This document shows, one piece after another, positions 60,105 to 64,000 of a DNA stretch of 64,000 nucleotides. This DNA is from an uncultured delta proteobacterium (GTDB taxonomy: Bacteria > Myxococcota > Myxococcia > Myxococcales > Myxococcaceae), in the NCBI GenBank assembly GCA_963796055.1, contig CAWCKH010000004.1, positions 2,784,001 to 2,848,000 of the forward strand, read 5' to 3'. Below the pieces are notes generated by a model. It saw nothing but the letters and a program-made list of their open reading frames with translations, did not search any database and had not been told where the DNA came from. Made by a program: the position numbers and the translations under genes. Numbering within the stretch: position 1 is the first letter of the stretch; each line of letters begins with the position of its first letter.

Positions 60105-61547
60105 ATGAGACAGGCCCTGGAGATCGGTTCGGCGCAGGACTGGCGAGGAGAGATTCGCCGGCTGTTTGATGTGCAGGCCGCGTCGCGCTGGACGGTGTCG
60201 CGCTCCAGCGCCGCGGAACGACGCAAGAAGCTCCAGCGCCTCAAGGACGCGCTGCACAAGCACCGCCCGGCACTGGCGGAGGGCATCCGTCGCGACTTCG
60301 GCCGTCCGCCGGAGGAGTCGGAGTTCATCGAGTTCCACCCCGTCTTCGAGGAACTGAACCACGCCATCGCCCACCTGGGCGAGTGGATGCGCCCCGAGCC
60401 CGTGGAGGCGCCGCTGCTGCTCGCCGACACCGCAAGCGAGATCCGCTGGGAGGCGAAGGGGCAGGTTCTGGTGCTCTCGCCGTGGAACTACCCCGTCTAC
60501 CTCGTCCTCGGCCCCCTGGCCGGAGCGATCGCCGCGGGGAACGTGGTGATGGTGAAGCCCTCGGAGAAGGTCCCCGAGACGAATCGTGCGCTGCGCGCGC
60601 TCCTGACCGACGCCTTCCCCGAGACCGAGGTGGCAATGGTGGAGGGCGACGCCCCAGTGGCCGAGGCCCTGCTGGACCTCCCGTTCGATCACATCTTCTT
60701 CACCGGCAGCACGCGGGTGGGAAAGCTGGTCATGGTCGCGGCGGCCAAGCACCTCGCCTCGGTGACGCTCGAGCTCGGGGGAAAGTCGCCTGCCATCGTC
60801 GCCCCCGATGCGAACGTCGCCCGCGCGGCCCAGGCCATCGCCTGGGGAGCCTTCGTCAACGCCGGTCAGACCTGCATCGCTCCGGACTACGTCCTGGTGC
60901 AGGAGGGGCAGCGGCAGACGCTTCTCGACGCGCTCCGGAGCGCGATCGAACGCAGCTATGGACCCGAGTCGGGCTGGGCGACCAACTCCGACTTCGCGCG
61001 GCTGGTCGACCCGGGCGCCTTCGCCAGGGTGAAGGGGCTCATAGACGACGCGGTCCGGCGCGGGGCGAAGGTCCCTATCGGAGGCGAGGCGAATGCCGCG
61101 GAGCGGTATCTCGCGCCCACCGTGCTGGTGGACGTGCCCGACGAGGCGCCGTTGCTCCAGGAGGAGATCTTCGGCCCGCTGCTCCCGGTCGTGACCTACC
61201 GGACCCTCGAGGAAGCGCTGGAGTACGTGCGGAGGAGACCCAAGCCGCTGGCGCTGTATCTCTTCTCGCGATCGGGCAGCACGGTGGAGGCGACCCTGGA
61301 GGGAACGACCTCCGGCGGGGTCTGTGTGAACAACACGCTCATCCACCTCGCAAACCCAGGGCTGCCGTTCGGCGGCGTTGGCCCGAGCGGGATCGGGAAC
61401 TACCACGGGCGCGCCGGATTCAAGGCCTTCAGCCACGAACGGGCGGTGATGCGGCAACAGGGAAACCCGCTGGCGCGGCTGCTCGCGCCGCCGTACAGCG
61501 GTCGGCTGAACCGCATGGTGGCCAGGTTCGCCCGGTTCCTTCAGTGA
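60105..61547 (+). CDS. Aldehyde dehydrogenase (ALDH3/CalB-like)
   Basis: PWNYP, FTGS, LELGGKSP, NAGQTC, EEIFGP. Confidence 0.93.
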   Translation: MRQALEIGSAQDWRGEIRRLFDVQAASRWTVSRSSAAERRKKLQRLKDALHKHRPALAEGIRRDFGRPPEESEFIEFHPVFEELNHAIAHLGEWMRPEPVEAPLLLADTASEIRWEAKGQVLVLSPWNYPVYLVLGPLAGAIAAGNVVMVKPSEKVPETNRALRALLTDAFPETEVAMVEGDAPVAEALLDLPFDHIFFTGSTRVGKLVMVAAAKHLASVTLELGGKSPAIVAPDANVARAAQAIAWGAFVNAGQTCIAPDYVLVQEGQRQTLLDALRSAIERSYGPESGWATNSDFARLVDPGAFARVKGLIDDAVRRGAKVPIGGEANAAERYLAPTVLVDVPDEAPLLQEEIFGPLLPVVTYRTLEEALEYVRRRPKPLALYLFSRSGSTVEATLEGTTSGGVCVNNTLIHLANPGLPFGGVGPSGIGNYHGRAGFKAFSHERAVMRQQGNPLARLLAPPYSGRLNRMVARFARFLQ

Positions 61548-61694
61548 CCCGCCTCCACTAACGCCCGGAGTGCCACAGACGACGGCTGCGGCGGCAGGAT
61601 CCTCGATGTCACCGGTCCTCCGCGGCGACGAGCACCCAGCCCGGGGCGAGACGCCCGGTTGACTTTCGGGTCAATCCCGTCGTGTCCTCCCCTC

Positions 61695-62870
61695 ATGGCA
61701 GAGGCCTTCATCATCGATACGGTCAGGACTCCCCGCGGCAAGCGGAAGGGGAGCCTGGCGGGGATTCATGCGGTGGACCTGGCCGCCCACGTCCTGAACG
61801 CGGCGCTCGAGCGCACGGGCGTGCCGGCGGCGCGGGTCGAGGACGTGGTGCTCGGTTGCGTCACCCAGATCGGTGAGCAGGCCTTCGATGTGGCCCGAGG
61901 GGCGGTGCTCGCCGCCGGGCTGCCCGTCTCGGTGCCGGGCAAGACGGTGAACCGGCTGTGCGGGAGCGGTCTCACGGCGGTGGCGGACGTCGCGAACGGG
62001 ATCGTCGCCGGGCAGATCCAGCTGGGGATCGGCGGCGGAGTCGAGTCGATGACCCGCATCCCCATGGGCTCGGATGCGGGATTCGGCGAGGGGCCCACGT
62101 CACCGCGGCTCGCCGAGCGCTTCCCGGACCTCACCCACCAGGGGACTTCGGCGGAGCTCATCGCCCGGACGTGGTCGCTGTCGCGCGGACAGCTGGACGA
62201 GTTCGCTGCCGCCTCCCAGGGCAAGGCAGTGGCCGCGCGGACCGCCGGCTGGTTCCGTCAGGAGATCGTCCCGGTTCCGGTCCAGGACGCCGGCGGCAGC
62301 ACGCGGCTCTTCGCGGACGACGAGCACCCCCGCCCGGGCACGACCGTCGAGACCCTGGCGGCGCTGAAGCCCAGCTTCCGCGAGGACGGCGTCATCCACG
62401 CCGGAAACGCCTCGGGCATCGTGGACGGGGCGGCGGCGGTGGTGGTCGCCTCGGCCGAGGCGGCCCGGGAGCTCGGGCTCCGGCCCCGGGGGCGCATCGT
62501 CACCACGGCGGTGGTCGGCTCCGACCCCGTCTTGATGCTCACCGGTCCCATCCCCTCCAGCCGGCTGGCGCTGCAGCGGGCTGGCTGGACGGTGGATGAC
62601 GTGGACCTCTGGGAGATCAACGAGGCCTTCGCCCCGGTGCCCATCGTAGTCGGCCAGGAGCTGGGAATTCCGCTGGACCGGATCAACGTGCAGGGGGGCG
62701 CCATCGCCCTCGGCCACCCCCTGGGCGCCACCGGGGCGATGCTCCTGGGGACGCTCCTCGGGGCGCTGGAGCGCCGCTCGCTCCGCCGGGGAGCGGTCAC
62801 CCTCTGCATCGGCTACGGGATGGGCATCACCATGCTGGTGGAGCGGGTGGAGCAAGGCCCCCGGAGGTGA
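61695..62870 (+). CDS. Acetyl-CoA C-acyltransferase (thiolase)
   Basis: NRLCGSG, EINEAF, GHPLGATG, LCIGYG. Confidence 0.94.
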   Translation: MAEAFIIDTVRTPRGKRKGSLAGIHAVDLAAHVLNAALERTGVPAARVEDVVLGCVTQIGEQAFDVARGAVLAAGLPVSVPGKTVNRLCGSGLTAVADVANGIVAGQIQLGIGGGVESMTRIPMGSDAGFGEGPTSPRLAERFPDLTHQGTSAELIARTWSLSRGQLDEFAAASQGKAVAARTAGWFRQEIVPVPVQDAGGSTRLFADDEHPRPGTTVETLAALKPSFREDGVIHAGNASGIVDGAAAVVVASAEAARELGLRPRGRIVTTAVVGSDPVLMLTGPIPSSRLALQRAGWTVDDVDLWEINEAFAPVPIVVGQELGIPLDRINVQGGAIALGHPLGATGAMLLGTLLGALERRSLRRGAVTLCIGYGMGITMLVERVEQGPRR

Positions 62871-62948
62871 GCCCGAGCGCACCGCGGCCGACACTTCCTG
62901 GCCCCAGGTCGCGTGGCACGCGACCCACGGAGGCACTAGCCTAGAAGG

Positions 62949-63371
62949 GTGGACTTCCGCCCGGCCACAGCGCCCGAGGTCTTCCGGCCGCGGCCGGTGC
63001 TTGCCGCGGCGATGGGCATCGCCGCGCTGCTCTGGCTGTTCGTCCTCGTCTACCTCATGCAATTCGAGGGCGTGCCGGCGAAGACGTTCATCTCCGCCAT
63101 CTTCTTCGTCGTCTTCTTCGGCGTCTCGCTGACCTACTACGCGCGGACCGCCATCGTGGTCGACGGCGGCGGAGTGACCTACCGCGGCCTGGTCCGGACC
63201 GACTACTTCGCCTTCCGGGACATCCTGAAGGTCGACATCCTTCCCGGTCCGGTGACGGTCTACGCGGTCCGGGGCCGGGGGCGGGGGATGCACTTCACGA
63301 GCTTCTTCACCCAGCATCGGCGTCTGATGGAGCTGCTGGTGGAGCGGGCGGGTCTGTCGCCGATGCGCTGA
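62949..63371 (+). CDS. Two-TM membrane protein with bacterial PH-like domain
   Basis: Two TMs, then a beta-rich domain (VDGGGVTYRGL). Confidence 0.65.
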   Translation: MDFRPATAPEVFRPRPVLAAAMGIAALLWLFVLVYLMQFEGVPAKTFISAIFFVVFFGVSLTYYARTAIVVDGGGVTYRGLVRTDYFAFRDILKVDILPGPVTVYAVRGRGRGMHFTSFFTQHRRLMELLVERAGLSPMR

Positions 63372-64000
63372 GCATGGACGCGCCGCGCCCCTGCGCGGCT
63401 CCGCAGGCGTCCCCCTGGTGCGGGGGAGTGAGGGGCGCCGCTCCGGAGCCAGCGCGGTAGTGCAGCAGCGAGCGACCGACGCCGAGGAGGTCGCCGTCCG
63501 TGAGGAGGCTCCCCGGTCGGAGCCACCGTCCGTTGCACCGCGCGCGGTTTCGTCCGCCGAGGTCCCGCACCCGGTGCCGGTCGCCTTCGCGCACGAGCTG
63601 GAGATGCCGCCGCGAGACCGCGCCGTCGTGGAGCTGCACCGAGCAGGCCGGGAGCCGCCCGAGCTCGGGCGCCGGGCCCGCCAGAGGGAAGACGGCGCCG
63701 GCGTCCACGCCCGTCACGCAAAGGAGCGCCGCGGCCGCCGAGCACGCCCAGGCATCCCCGGGCGCGAGCAGCGCGCGAACCAGTGCCACCGTGCCCGCCG
63801 CCGCGAGCGGGGGCTCGATCCAGAGCTGGGCCTCCCTGGACAGCCGCACCCGCTCGCCGGGGAGGAGCCAGCGGCGGAGGCCGGCATCGAGCACCGCGCG
63901 GCCCACCCGTCGGGGTTCGGCGCACCGCACCCAGACGCGGTCGTCGGCGAGGTCCAGCTCCAGAAGGCGCGGCGGCAATCCCGGGAAGCGGATGCCGTCG
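63307..64000 (-). CDS. FHA-domain protein (5' end probably outside window)
   Basis: LGR...VSRRH...DLGGRN...NG; frame open to the window edge. Confidence 0.75.
   Translation of the reverse strand, partial: DGIRFPGLPPRLLELDLADDRVWVRCAEPRRVGRAVLDAGLRRWLLPGERVRLSREAQLWIEPPLAAAGTVALVRALLAPGDAWACSAAAALLCVTGVDAGAVFPLAGPAPELGRLPACSVQLHDGAVSRRHLQLVREGDRHRVRDLGGRNRARCNGRWLRPGSLLTDGDLLGVGRSLLHYRAGSGAAPLTPPHQGDACGAAQGRGASMLSASATDPPAPPAAPSDADAG

Overview
High-GC myxobacterial chromosomal window (Myxococcales-like, inferred from a MYXO-CTERM-type protein, Pkn kinases, and uppS-cdsA-rseP without dxr). It is mostly housekeeping: ppgK, uppS, cdsA, rseP, rlpA, tsaB, moaD-moaE fusion, acs, rnhB, rsmB-like, moeB, iscA-like, nadA, uvrA, addB/addA-like, purA, ALDH, thiolase. 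An accessory block at about 34-45.3 kb starts with an intact IS630 and holds a kinase/periplasmic-binding-protein fusion, a CGNR regulator with two tandem palindromic operators, and deletion-scarred genes. The most striking observation is a metallophosphoesterase at 48882-49739, head-to-head with uvrA, that resembles the eukaryotic RNA lariat debranching enzyme Dbr1 block by block, including a lariat-recognition-loop-like segment. It is a candidate bacterial 2'-5' phosphodiesterase in the lineage where branched msDNA was discovered. Other points: an Asd-like protein lacking catalytic residues, an AddAB pair with Fe-S cysteines in both subunits but an apparently dead AddA nuclease, two gene-truncating junctions, and four single-base frameshifts that are probably sequencing errors. 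No rRNA, tRNA or CRISPR array was seen. All family assignments come from motif recognition by eye; no database searches were run.
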